A stretch of DNA of 64,000 nucleotides from the NCBI GenBank assembly GCA_030390025.1, contig CM059438.1:70310001-70374000 (forward strand), given 5' to 3'. The notes beneath the pieces are model-generated. The model had not been told where the DNA came from and did no database searches. It was given only the letters and a program-made list of their open reading frames with translations. Of the stretch, positions 1 through 12,005 are shown one piece after another. Position 1 is the stretch's first letter. The number at the start of each line of letters is the position of its first letter. A program made the translations under genes and the position numbers. This DNA comes from Squalus acanthias (taxonomy: Eukaryota).

Positions 1-210
1 CTCTACCCCAGAGGGCTGAGGAGGCTCAGTCGTTAAGTATATTCAAGTCAGAGATCGATAGATTTTTGGATATTAAAGGAATCAAGGAATATGGGGATAG
101 TGCAGTAAGGTGGATTTGTGGTAGAATATCAGTCATGATTTTATTGAATGGCGGAGCAGGCTCGAGGGACCAAATGGCCTACTCCTGCTCCTATTTCTTA
201 TGTTCTTATG
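1..210 (+). mobile_element. CR1 LINE 3' fragment
   Basis: Shares the ggcggagcaggctcgaggg..aatggcctactcctgctcc tail and (ttcttatg)n end with the CR1 at 29024-33569. Confidence 0.8.
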
Positions 211-1480
211 CTGTTTGTGGGAGCTTGTTATACTCAAATTCGCTGCCACGTTACTAACACGATAACAGTGACTACACTTCAAAATACAAGTACTTCATTG
301 GCTGCAAAGTGATTTGAAATGTTCTGAGGTCATGAAAGGTGCTATATAGATGCAATTCTTCCTTTCTTTTCAGCTTGTCGATAGACTTCTAAATACTGCA
401 TTTGGATCAAATATCCTGTACAATGTGAAGCACATTGCCTTGACCAAGCTGATTTTTTTTTATCCCTATTTGCTGCCAATGCTTATCACTGAGGAGACAA
501 GAGAAAACCCATGTTAAATGCCATGAAGGTGGCATAGTGTAGTCATCTGCTGTGCCACAGAGTGCCAGGATGCAGGTCATTTTTCCTGAATCTGCCATTG
601 GGGTTAGCATAGAAACAGTAAGAAAGGAGGGGCAAATCAGAATGCATGTCACCTTGTGGAAGCCAATTCAAGAATAACATTAGCAAGGGGCTTGCTAGGA
701 GGTCGCCAGTCTGTGCTCTCAGCTAGGGAACAGGGTTGGAAGAGAAGGAGGATATTACATTAAAAAAAGAGAATAAGTAAGACTGCACAAATTCACAAGT
801 GTTTCTTAATTATCTGCCTTCACAAAATCACAATTCAAGCTAGAGTGCCTCATTAAATGTTTGCATTTGGCAGTACTACCTCCTGAATGCAAATTGTACT
901 GTATTTAGTGAAGCGTGATGAGCTTCACAGGCTGTGCATTATTGTGCTGGCAAAAGCATAATTACAGTATGTGAGGCACATATTTACTGAACAGTATAAT
1001 CTACCATGTTAAGTATCTTCTGCAGATTGAGTTGTATTGAAATATGGCTGTGTTGAAGCGTCCAAGCATTTCTCACAGTAATGCATATTGTAATTTAGGT
1101 TTATGTGAGCTTTATTTCGGTTTGCTAAATTCATTGTGAATGTTTCGGATTCCTAATTTCTATTTTTAAAATCATCTTTTGTCTGTAATTTACAGAAAGC
1201 AGGAACAGCTTAGCATTTTCCTAGAAGTGAGTTTGATGGGGGCAGAAATATATATCATTAAATATTTGGTTTGAATTTCAGAGAACTCTGATAGATGACA
1301 CAGTTTAAAAAAAAAGTTATGATGTTTGAATCAAACTTATAAGTGACTTTCTGTTATTGGAGTCTTCAAGACTGATTGTGTGACTAATAATCTGTAAAAA
1401 CGCATCAATTTTGCATGTCAAAAATCTCTCAATGTTTTGCACTCATGCGAAATGAACATTTGAAAATAAGGAGTGATTCT

Positions 1481-2455
1481 GTGACCCCATGGTCCCTGCA
1501 GGGCGAGCTGTGATTGCAGAAGGAATATTGTAGGCCTGAAGCTCCAACCTGCACCTGGTGCGAAAGCAGTTTCTGGCGGGCATCCCAGAATCAACCGTAT
1601 AGTGCCCAGCGGTGTGGGAAATAGAACATTGCCCCACTGGTGTAGTTGTGTGAGGGGTTTTCTCCGATACTGGTCCCCCGTTACACACAGTTCTTGGATG
1701 TCAGGATTTATAAGAACAAAATACACACGTCACAGGGTATTGGCTCAACCTTTGATTCGTTCGTTTATTGAACAAACACACACAATTACTTGCCAAGTAT
1801 AAATCCCTATGATTTATATTAGGCTATCAACCCCAAAATACAAACCCCTACGCAAGGGTCATTTGCATCGACACAATATGACACAGTTAAACCCGTCCGC
1901 GATTTGACTGTTACATATAAAGTTACCCAGACTCAATCACAAAACCCTTATTGTGATCTGACTGAAACTCACAAACTTACTCAGACTCAATCACAAAAGC
2001 CCCCTCTATGATTTGACTGAAACAAACAATCACCACTCCCGATCGGCTGTCTCCTGGTGTTGATTGTAGGCCCGAATCTTTCTGCTCGCTGTTCTTCCGT
2101 TAGCTTCCCACACCGACTCTCTTCGAAGTGACTCTTCCTTCAAACCAAAACCAACTTGTAATCTTGAAACACATTTCCTGCCCTTCCTGTGCACACGCTG
2201 GCTGTATCAAAGTGTGTGAATGTCTCTAGCAGTGAACTCTTGATGGCTAATTGTCCCTCGTATTGTCCATTGATTACTTAGGCACCGACTGTCTATAATT
2301 GAGGTCCTTTCTGACAATGCAACCTTCCCAAGGTGACTGCATATGCTAATTGTTGGTTTCTGTTAGCATTCGTATTCAAATGGTTCAAGGCCCGACCCAT
2401 TGTCTAGGCCTGCACTGATACTAGTTATTCTGGGGCCATGGTCTTCTTTAACAAT
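1481..2455 (-). mobile_element. Possible LTR or ERV fragment (ends uncertain)
   Basis: Starts TGTGA, has an AATAAA on the - strand near 1766-1771 and imperfect internal tandem repeats at about 1900-2025. No TSD confirmed. Confidence 0.35.
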
Positions 2456-3689
2456 GTAATCCCTTAAGGTAAATGAATATGCGAATGTTCTTGTTCAGAA
2501 GCATTCGTATTTTAGATTGTCTGTGATACAGTCTCTTGATGATTCGTAGCTTCGGCTGCAATGTTTGAATTAACCCTTTATTGCCCATCTCTTTTTGCGG
2601 GCTGTGCAGTTCTGGGTTTTTATATTTCATAGTCCAATTTTTACCATTGTGGGGGAGGAACGGATCCTACAGTTGGGACTGCTCTTCTGAGGTTGGAGCT
2701 GGGCTACATTGCTTGGGGCTGAAGAGAGGGAGATTTACTGGGCCGGTTAGGGTTAGAGGTAGGGTTTGTGCCCCTGCCACCATACATGACTCGGGAGTGC
2801 TTAATTCTGAATGCCTAAATTGGGGCTATAATGTTGTCATTCTATCTCTGATTCATTCCATTCCCCAACCCCTCGGTATCCTTCCTTGACAAGTAAAGAA
2901 GAAAATAGTGCAGAGGGTATAAAATTAATGTTTTGCCAGTTAGTGAACTAAATTTAACTTCTGCCAACACTAAATTTTTTGAGCTGGTTCCTTTTTGTTT
3001 GCATTGACATTTGTCTGTCTCTGTAATTTCCACCTTTGTGACTTTTATTCCAACTGTGTGTTGGTAAACATTTCCGCTGCCAGGTCATAACTTTCCCCTA
3101 AAGAACTGAAACTGCTAACATATTAAGTAGTAACATTGGGGGAGGAGTTTCGCTGGTTACCATGTATAATGACATCAAAAGTCTGTTCAGATGTTTACAA
3201 TATCACAACACGTAACAATTGGAGCAATTCTTCTCCCTTTGTCACATCACTCTTTCACAGTTTTCCTCCTGTTTATAACTAGCCATATCTTGTAGTGTGT
3301 CAGTACTTGGTATTCTTGAGAATATGCTGTGTTGACCAGGCCATCCTTATAGGTTTATAGTGATGGAACTTTCCTGGATAAAATACAGAATGACAGCAAT
3401 AATTTGCATTTACAGTAGCATTCCTCACAAATAGAGCATATTACAATGGGGAGAGGTAAGTACCAAGCAGGCAAACACTAAGGGGTGTGGGAGAAACTGA
3501 AGGTACAGTTGACTGGTTAGGTTTTTAGAAGGCTTTCGAAGAGAACGTGAGGAAGCTTAAGCAGTTTGGAAAGAGAATTCCAAATGCAGGTGCATAGCGG
3601 CTGAAAGATTGAATTATAACGATGGAAATAAATTAAAATTCCACTATATTGGTCATACTGCTGTTAAACCACACCCTGAACCTTGTTAT

Positions 3690-3921
3690 TACATAGAATG
3701 TACAGCACAGAACATGCCATTTAGCCCAACAGGTCTATGCCGGTGTTTATGCTCTACATGTGCCTCCTCCTACCCTCTTCATCTAACACTATCAGCATAA
3801 CCTTTTATTCCTTTCTCCCTCAACTGTTTATCTAGCTTCCCCCAAAATGCATTTATACTATTCACCTCAACTACTCCTTATGGTAGCGGGTTCCACATGC
3901 TAACCACTCTCTGTTTCAGCC

Positions 3922-3963
<42 letters not shown>

Positions 3964-4635
3964 GTGGGTTCATAGTCCCACTCCAGGGACTCTGAGTGCA
4001 AAAATTTAGGCTGACACTGAGGGAGTGCTGCACTGTCGGAGGTGCCGTCTTTCGGGTGAGACGTTAAACCGAGGCCCCATCTGCTCTCTCAGGTAAAAGA
4101 TCCCATGGCACTATTTCGAAGAAGAGCAGTGGAGTTATCCCCAGTGTCCTGGCCAATATTTATCCCTCAATCAACATAGCAAAAACAGATTATCTGGGTC
4201 ATTATCACTTTGCTGTTTGTGGGAGCTTGCTGTGTGCAAATTGGCTGCCGCATTTCCTACATTACAACAGTGACTACACCAAAAGTACTTCATTGACTGT
4301 AAAGCGTTTTAAGACGTCCGGTGGTCATGAAAGGCGCTATATAAATGGAAGTCTTTCTTTTTTCTTTCTGGGAAAAGAAGTTTCTCCGGAATTCCCTATT
4401 GGGTTTATTAGTGACTATCTTATATTTATGTCTCCACCACAAGTGAAAACATCTTCTCTAGGTCTACCCTATTAAACCCTTTCATAATCTTAAAGACCTC
4501 GACCAGGTCACTCCTTGGCCTTCCCTTTTCTAGAGAAAAGAGCCCCAGCCGGTTCAATCTTTCCTGATTGGTGTAACCTCTCAGTTCTGGTATCATCATT
4601 GCAAATCTTTTTTACACCTTCTATATCCATTTTAT
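3690..4635 (-). mobile_element. Old CR1 3' fragment interrupted by a SINE
   Basis: Reverse-complement CR1 C-terminus and 3'UTR motifs lie on both sides of the SINE at 3915-4355. Confidence 0.65.
3915..4355 (+). mobile_element. tRNA-headed SINE with Deu-like body and L2-like tail (SacSINE1/DeuSINE-like)
   Basis: A-box tggctcagtgg, B-box-like ggttcatagtcc, body aaaagatcccatggcactatttcgaagaagagc and tail aggcgctatataaat. Several copies are present in the window. Confidence 0.8.
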
Positions 4636-4824
4636 AATAATGTTTATAATAATAATTGTCAAATAATGTTCTGATGGCAACACATTTTAGTGATGTTCAT
4701 TCACTTGTTCCAGATTATTAGCAGCCTAGGTTGCTTTGAGAGAGAAATCAGACTTCAGATATATTCCTGTAAGACCCTTCTAACATAAAATAAACTTCTG
4801 GCAATATTTGCTTCCTTCATACAG

Positions 4825-4949
4825 GGAGAACAATTTTGTGAAGGATTTCCCTCAGCTTGCTGATGGATTACTTGTCATTCCTCTTCCTGTGGAAGAACAG
4901 TGTCGAGGAGTTCTTTCTGAACCATTGCCCAACCTCCAGCTCCTCACAG
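4825..4949 (+). CDS. ASTN2: Astrotactin-2 internal coding exon (RENNFVKDFPQLADGLLVIPLPVEEQCRGVLSEPLPNLQLLT-G)
   Basis: Pyrimidine tract plus acag acceptor ending 4824 and gtaag donor at 4950. The translation is near-identical to the ASTN2 sequence as I recall it. Confidence 0.93.
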
Positions 4950-5700
4950 GTAAGCATCTCATGTATTGTCACTGTCCTACTGACTGCCTGGTGCAATTAG
5001 TATATCCTTGCAGACTGGTGCTTCTTGTCTGTCCACATGGGCATGAAAAAATACCCACTGTGCACGAAATAGGCTGTAAAAATACAGAACGACGTGTGTG
5101 TGCAGAGTGAATTATCCTGCTCATTGGAGGTGTCCAAATCAGGACATACATACCAATTTCTGTGTTTCCCCACTGAGATAGTATTTGACATGTGAGTAAC
5201 TAATTTTATGTTGAAAGTACGACCACTTTGTGCAATCCTGCACTTTAATTATTGTTCATTACTACTGTCATGTTAAATAAGGTTATAAGGGATTGTTCAC
5301 TGAAATGTGAACACTTCATTTATAGCCGCACAATAAGGATATCACAATGCGACTCAACAGTTTCTCTTAATCCCATTGAGAAACATAAAAGAGTTGTTAC
5401 TGTAGTTTTTTTCAGTATAATTTTAAATAGCAAAATATTCTGACGGCTGAATGAATTGATTGTGGAGGATCTACAGTGTGTTTCTGTTTTTTATTGTTCT
5501 TTTGATTCTAAGTTATTACATGTTTTCTCCGTTTCCCCTCGGGATTGCTATACATCTCTCCCCAGTCAAGAAACTAGCCAGGCAACACCTTTACTTCTTT
5601 CTTCCGGTTTGAAAACCTTGCTGAGATTGTGAACTCATGTCGAGAATTGGAGCAGCAAACCTGTCTCCTACCACTTTGTGACGCAGCTCATTGGAAACCA

Positions 5701-6178
5701 GCCATGTCACAACACTCAAAGCACACAGCCCATTGGCAGCCAACATGCCATGTCACAACACTCAAAGCACACAGCCCATTGGCAGCCAACATGCCATGTC
5801 ACAACACTCAAAGCACACAGCCCATTGGCAGCCAACATGCCATGTCACAACACTCAAAGCACACAGCCCATTGGCAGCCAACATGCTATGCCACAACACT
5901 CAAAGCACACAGCCCATTGGCAGCCAACATGCCATGTCACAACACTCAAAGCACACAGCCCATTGGCAGCCAACATGCCATGCCACAACACTCAAAGCAC
6001 ACAGCCCATTGGCAGCCAACATGCCATGTCACAACACTCAAAGCACACAGCCCATTGGCAGCCAACATGCCATGTCACAACACTCAAAGCACACAGCCCA
6101 TTGGCAGCCAACATGCCAGGTCACAACACTCAAAGCACACAGCCCATTGGCAGCCAACATGCCATGTCACAACACTCG
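5701..6178. repeat. Minisatellite, 46-bp unit, about 10.4 copies
   Basis: Unit gccatgtcacaacactcaaagcacacagcccattggcagccaacat with only a few substitutions. Explains the three overlapping repetitive ORFs. Confidence 0.97.
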
Positions 6179-6255
6179 AACCACAGTGACATTCTGACAA
6201 ACTTTAATGTGCTTTGACTTGGTAATAAGTAAAAAAAACTTGGTTTGTTTTCCAG

Positions 6256-6360
6256 GTAATGCCAAATACAACGAGGCTACTGGCTACCCCATGGTGCAGG
6301 AGTGGAGAGTTAGAAGCAATCTGTACAAGGTTAAGCTCAGTGCAATAACACAATCTGCAG
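6256..6360 (+). CDS. ASTN2: Astrotactin-2 internal coding exon (G-NAKYNEATGYPMVQEWRVRSNLYKVKLSAITQSA-G), not in the ORF track
   Basis: ttttccag acceptor, gtaaaa donor at 6361, phase 1-1, 105 bp, in frame with both flanking exons. Matches the ASTN2 GYPMVQxWRVRSNLY motif. Confidence 0.92.
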
Positions 6361-7236
6361 GTAAAAAAAATACAAATAAATGAAGAACTTTGCTGAATAG
6401 GAATGCAATGATTCAAAGGAGTTAGGTGCCGCTAGTATAGTATGACTATATTTTAACTAAACAAAATTCACTAGATTGAAGGGCTGAAGGCGCAGTGGAA
6501 GATCAAAATTTTGAGGAGGATCTTCAAAGCAGGGATGGAGTGGCAAGCTAGAAAGGCCTAGGCAGGGAGTTCCAGAGGACAGGAGCCAATAGAGTAGCAA
6601 GTGTGCCAAGGGCCACAGGTGAAGGAGAAATAGGTTGCAAGCAAACATTACACACACACAGTGCAGGAGTGTCCGAGCTTTTTACCTGGATATTCTGCTT
6701 TGGTGCATTCATGGAGGTGTAATCCATGATCCCATTAATTTGCATACATTGCTGACACTAACCAATTCTGATATGGCATTCATCCAATGAGGCAACAATG
6801 CTGTAAATAGTCCTTTCCAACCTTCGAGACCCACAAAATCCAAACAGGACAAACCACTGAGTGATATACAAGTACAAATAGGACTGAGTTGCATGGGCTT
6901 TGATGGTTTCATTGCCAGGGCCCAGAGGCCGCATGTAGCCCATGGCCTGCAGTTTGGAACCCCTGATCTGTTGGGACTCTTCTGCAGAGAATGCAGCCGA
7001 AAATATTCCCCTTAATGTAGCCGTTTAAGTTGCAATTACATAGCAATTAATCACAGCATAACTCAGGACATTTTGATATATTTGGTTGCCTAAAATGAGT
7101 CAAAGCACTATGGATCAAAATTCAAACTCACAAAGAATTTCAATTGTTTAGAGTTCTTTAAATGAGGATTTCCATGTTTAAGAAAAATATATCAACGCTG
7201 ATGTAATGCATGATAATATTTCTGCTGTTTTTCGAC

Positions 7237-7378
7237 ATGGTTGACTCTTAACTGCCTTCTGAAGTGGCCTATTAAGCCACTCAGTTGTATCAAATCGCTA
7301 TAGCGGTTCAAGAAGGCCCGTCACCACCATCTGCAGGTAACTAGGGATGGCCAGCAACACCCACATCTCGAGAATTAA
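7237..7378 (+). mobile_element. Bipartite non-autonomous derivative of the LINE at 16592-19817
   Basis: tggttgactcttaactgcc..aagccactcagttgta..cgcta (LINE 5' region) is joined directly to agcggttcaagaagg..caccacc..tagggatgg..cccacatc (LINE 3' tail). Confidence 0.75.
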
Positions 7379-9670
7379 TTTAAAAAAATGCCTGTAGTAT
7401 TTGAATATTATTTTGGATCACTGAACTTTGATCAGTCATTTTAATTTATGCTTGTAGAATGCATATAATTTTGACAATTACTAAATTTTAATTAAAGTTT
7501 GAATTGAACATGGTCCCAACCTTCACCCTTCCATGAAACCCCTTTCAACAAGACACTGGGTAGATGCCAACAATTTAATATCTGACTGAACATTGTGGGA
7601 GTGAAATTCTCCTGACAATAACTTTACTGAAAAGGTTGCTGAGCATAAAAGTGGAAGCTATTTTTTGTATTCATGCCAGTTTTTTCATGAAATTTATCAG
7701 CAGGAGGAATTTTCATTTTGTTCTTCACAATACCGGTTTGGATGAAGAAGGCCTTTTCAACCCATTGGATCTCATTTTACCATTTGCATGTCTTCCTATT
7801 GCAGTATAAAATTATTTCTTAAATGAGTCCTGTCTCTTGGCCTCAATCACCCATCCTGGAAACCTATTCCATCTGTTTGTTCTAAATTTGCCCTTTAGAA
7901 CTCTACCCTCTTATTCTGCTGCCAGAGCTTTCTGCACTTGTTGCAGTTGAACCTCAATTATCCACACACTCAATTATTCGCCACAATTTTCCTGGTATCA
8001 GGGCTCAATTTTGCATTAACCTCTTAAAATGCTATTGAACAATTTTAATTGATGTTTCACACACCCTGGGTTCTGGATAAGTACTTGTTATCTGGATTTC
8101 CAGTACCTGATCGAATTTACTATTCATGCAGCTCTGATGTTAGCTTTGGGTCAGGAGACCAACAAGAATCAGGGCTTTGGATCCGGGAGACTGGGGGGAG
8201 TCAGATGGCCAACATTTTTCCAAGAATTTCTCATTTATCTGTACATTGTAGGAACTTGCTTCGGCAACCTAAATAGATCAAATGGAATTTAAAACTTATT
8301 ATGTACTCTTAAATGTAGGGGACTTTTGATTATCTACTAGTGGGGAGGTGGGGGAGCGTGGGTGGGGGGAGAGATCCATTCCACTACACCAGGTAATCGA
8401 GATTGACTGTACTTTGGGGTAATATATCTATGGGGGTTCCCCAATCTCCCAGAGTAACTTTGGTGTACACCCCAGGGGAACGGCATAAGTGGCCATTCAT
8501 GCTGTTTCTCCAGGATTTTCACCGCGTGATCGTGAGTTCATATCTGTGGCTCATCAGTTTGAGACATTGTTTAAAGTGCAACCACTCCATGTTTTATCCT
8601 GCATCTAATTTGCACAAATTCATTCCGCTGATTAATACATGGAGGGGTTGCTGCTTCAATCAATAAGATGTGTCATCATTTGAGCTCAGTGTAATTTATT
8701 TTTTTCTTCCATTTCATTATAATAGTCTTCATTGGTATTGTACGCAAAGAAAACACCTGACACACTATTGGACAAATTGATCTGCTCTGCAGCAGTTATA
8801 CCTCATTATGAAAAACTGCTTTTGTCCATCACTCATAGAGCGCAGTTATAAATCACATTTCAATGGAATATATTTTTTATATTTATAAAATTATGAAATT
8901 AGTTGTTATAAATAAGCACTTACAACAACTATTACTTTAATGTTGTAAGAATTATATTAAACCTTTTCAGGTGCATGAAGTATAATTACTTTTTCATAAC
9001 TATTACTTAAATTGTATGGACAACCACTGACATGACAATGTTTTAGAAAGTTTAACCAGCTGAGCTTTTATTGCTCATGTTATGAAAATTTAAACAAGCC
9101 TTAAAAGCCCTGAGATGGCTGTGCTGTTACATTAATGCTGAGCTGGAGACTGTGATTGCAAAATTGGTAAGTCTCAAGTGAGATGAGAGATTAGAAGAAT
9201 TTTTGAGTAGAGTGAACTGTCATGTCAAGCTGAATATGTGATTAAGAGCAAGATGAAAGTCTTAAGAAAAATTGCAAATGTGGCTGATCAAATATTCTAC
9301 GGAATACAATTGTTATGGTCCAATTGGCATCACTATTTGTGAGGCTTGAATAGCTGACTTCAGCAGAAATGTACGCAATAAACTTGGAGATTTACTAGAA
9401 TGATACCAGGGATGAGGGACTTCAGTTATGTGGAGAGACTGGAGAAGCTGAGGTTGCTCTCTTTAGAGCAGTGCAGGTTAAGGGGAGATTTAATAGAGGT
9501 GTCAAAATTATGAAGGGTTTTGATAGAATAAATAAGGAGTAACTGGAGGGTTGGTAACCAGAGGACACAGATTTAAGATAATTGGCAAACGAACCAAAGG
9601 TGAGATGAGGAGAATTTTTTTTTACGTAGCCAGTTGTTATGATCTGGAATTCACTGCCTGAGAGTGTGGT

Positions 9671-9886
9671 CATGATGTGGAGATGCCGGTGTTGGACTGG
9701 GGTGGACAAATGTGAGAAGTCGCACAACACCAGGTTATAGTCCAACAGTTTTATTTGAAATCACAAGCTTTCGGAGCGCTGCTCCTTCGTCAGGTGAAGT
9801 CACCTGACGAAGGAGCAGCGCTCCGAAAGCTTGTGATTTCAAATAAAACTGTTGGACTATAACCTGGTGTTGTGCGACTTCTCACA
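9671..9886. mobile_element. Minimal Penelope-like insertion consisting of inverted pLTRs only
   Basis: 88-bp inverted repeat (9710-9797 / 9800-9887) with a 2-nt spacer, 12-bp TSD tgagagtgtggt (9659-9670, 9887-9898), and the same termini as the GIY-YIG element at 14457. Confidence 0.88.
9800..9836 (+). ncRNA. Minimal type I hammerhead ribozyme motif (mirror copy on - strand at 9761-9797)
   Basis: ucac-CUGACGA-a-ggagc/gcucc stem II-GAAA-gc-UU-guga. Stem I is ucac/guga and stem III is a short palindrome. Confidence 0.75.
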
Positions 9887-11825
9887 TGAGAGTGTGGTGC
9901 AAGCAGATTCGACAGTAACTTTCAAAAGGGAATTGGACATATTACTTGAAAAGGAAAAGTTTGCAGGGCTATGGTGAACAATTAGGGGAGTGGAACTAAT
10001 TGGATAGCTTGTTCAAAGAGCCGACATTGGCACAATGGGGTGAATGGCCTCCTTCTGTGCTGTAGTTTTCCATGAAACGTCATCGCATCCTGCGTGCAAA
10101 TCAAAGAAGCATTGTGGAATAATTCTCAACCGTAAGCGCAAAGAAAAGATTGAAGAATTGCAAGGGTGCTGGCAGACTAGGATACAACAGGTAGAGCAGG
10201 ATGAATATACATTGATATAATGACAGGGCCATTGTAACACACTGGGCTAACAGTTGTATCTCAACTGATATTTGTGCAGCTCACTGTTGGGTGGATTAAC
10301 CTGTCCAAACCAGTTTTGATGATGTTGTCAACACTCACTGTTTCAAGAATTTTAATTTTTTTTTAAATGAGAAGCATATTTTGGGTTGTCATTGTACCTA
10401 TCCATAATTTACAGAAAAAGTGCCATTCAAAACATGTTAGAATTGATCAAAATCAAGCTGATTAGTTTATTCCTCAGATGGCTGACAGACTCAGGGAAGT
10501 TCCAGTCTCCCTGGGCTGGCAATTTATAAAAGTATTCAACCTCATACACTGTGAGGATTAAGATTCTTTTGGAAAAAAAAGGATAATGCTTCTTTCTTCT
10601 GTAATTAATAAAATCATGGGAATACACTGCTTTGAAACACGTAATTTCAGAAAATGTGATTTGGTTAGTGGCTCATTAATTACAGAGGAAAATGAGGATT
10701 ATCAGTTTTTTTTCATTCTGGTAGGAATTCTTGACGCTAAAACAAACACTAATGTTACATTCATAAAGCTACTCGTCTTTTATTGCCATAATATCGGCCC
10801 TATATAATTTAATGATTTAAGTAAAAAAAAACATTTTGAGAAACAATTGCGCTCTTTTGCTCAGCGGGGGTAATGATCTGAGAATGTGCGCCAACAGTGC
10901 ATCCTCAAAGATCGCCCCGCCCCGTCCAATTCACACTTCTTCGCCATTCTCAATGCTCTCTCTCTCTCTCTCTCATGTGTTTTTGCTATTTCTGTTTTGC
11001 TTTATTTCCATTTCAGCCGAGAGCTTCCTGCAGCCGTCCCCCAGAGCCACCAGAATGCAGCTTGCGCTTGGCCCTTGCTCCGTTTTCTGTTGCCTTACCT
11101 CATATGAATGTGGTGCGCCCGGGGCACTAATGACATGAAAAAAAAATTGCTCCCCAAGTCTCAAAGTAGATTATTAACTGTCCAAATTATTCTGTGTTTA
11201 GAAGCATGGTTCATAATTATTTTCAAATCAATTGAAGCTGAACGAACATTAAAAACGAGTGAAGTTTATCTTCAATTTATAATCCTGATAATAAGGTCTG
11301 TTAACTACCACAGAATTGATTTGCAACATAAAACTGATCATAAATTTGTAAATGAATTTTCCATTGGGAGCCCGATGTGATGTGGTTGTATTGAATCTAA
11401 TTTCAAAGCAATCCGTGTATAGATTTGGCAGAAAAAGAGAACATAGACATTTTTAGAGTAGGGAAAGTCCATGAAGCCCAACTAATCCAACCTGATGAAT
11501 TATAAATCTCTGCAAATTGATTTGAAATGGATCATAAAATGCTTAATTTAAGGGAAAGTCTAGGAAATTTTCCACCCTGATGGAGGCCATCTCTTTCTTG
11601 CTGTTCCTCTGCAGCAATGTTACTGATAAAGTGGGGTCCTCACTATCCTGGAGCAGCTCCAGTTATTTTAATGGGGTAGGGCTAAAACTTTGGAGAGGCA
11701 TGAAATCTAAACCAGCGCTGCCCCATGCCAGGAAAACATGTCACTAGGAACGTTGCATATTTTACTTGTTCTTGCGGTTTGACACTTATTATGTCATCAT
11801 GTAAAGACATCCTGCAACGGGATTA

Positions 11826-12005
11826 TAAAAGCAAAAAATGCTGGAAATACTCAGCCGGTCAGGCAGCATCTGTGGAGAGCAAAAGAGTTAATGTTTGAAA
11901 CGTTAACTCTGTTTCTCTCTCCACAGATGCTGCCTGACCTGCTGAGTCTTTCCAGCATTTTCTGTTTTTATTTCAGATTTCCAGCATCTGCGGGGTTTTG
12001 CTTCT
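11826..12005. mobile_element. Penelope-derived palindromic remnant (second pLTR family)
   Basis: Arms tgctggaaatactcagc..ggcagcatctgtggagag and ctctccacagatgctgcc..gctgagtctttccagca. Same family as 39040-39718, with the ribozyme core deleted at the centre. Confidence 0.75.

Larger units (their letters stand above)
9385..10075 (+). mobile_element. CR1 3' fragment hosting a Penelope-derived hairpin insertion
   Basis: RT C-terminal remnants (agatttactagaatgataccagggatgaggg) and 3'UTR, similar to 36560-37040. Confidence 0.75.

Noticed and set aside
3915..3990. tRNA gene
   Set aside because: tRNA-derived SINE head continuing into the SINE body, with no complete cloverleaf. The same applies at about 22430-22490, 28740-28800 and 19760-19817.
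5629..6217. Three overlapping 168-186 aa repetitive ORFs or a CRISPR-like array
   Set aside because: Artefact of a stop-free 46-bp tandem repeat. There are no unique spacers and the context is eukaryotic.
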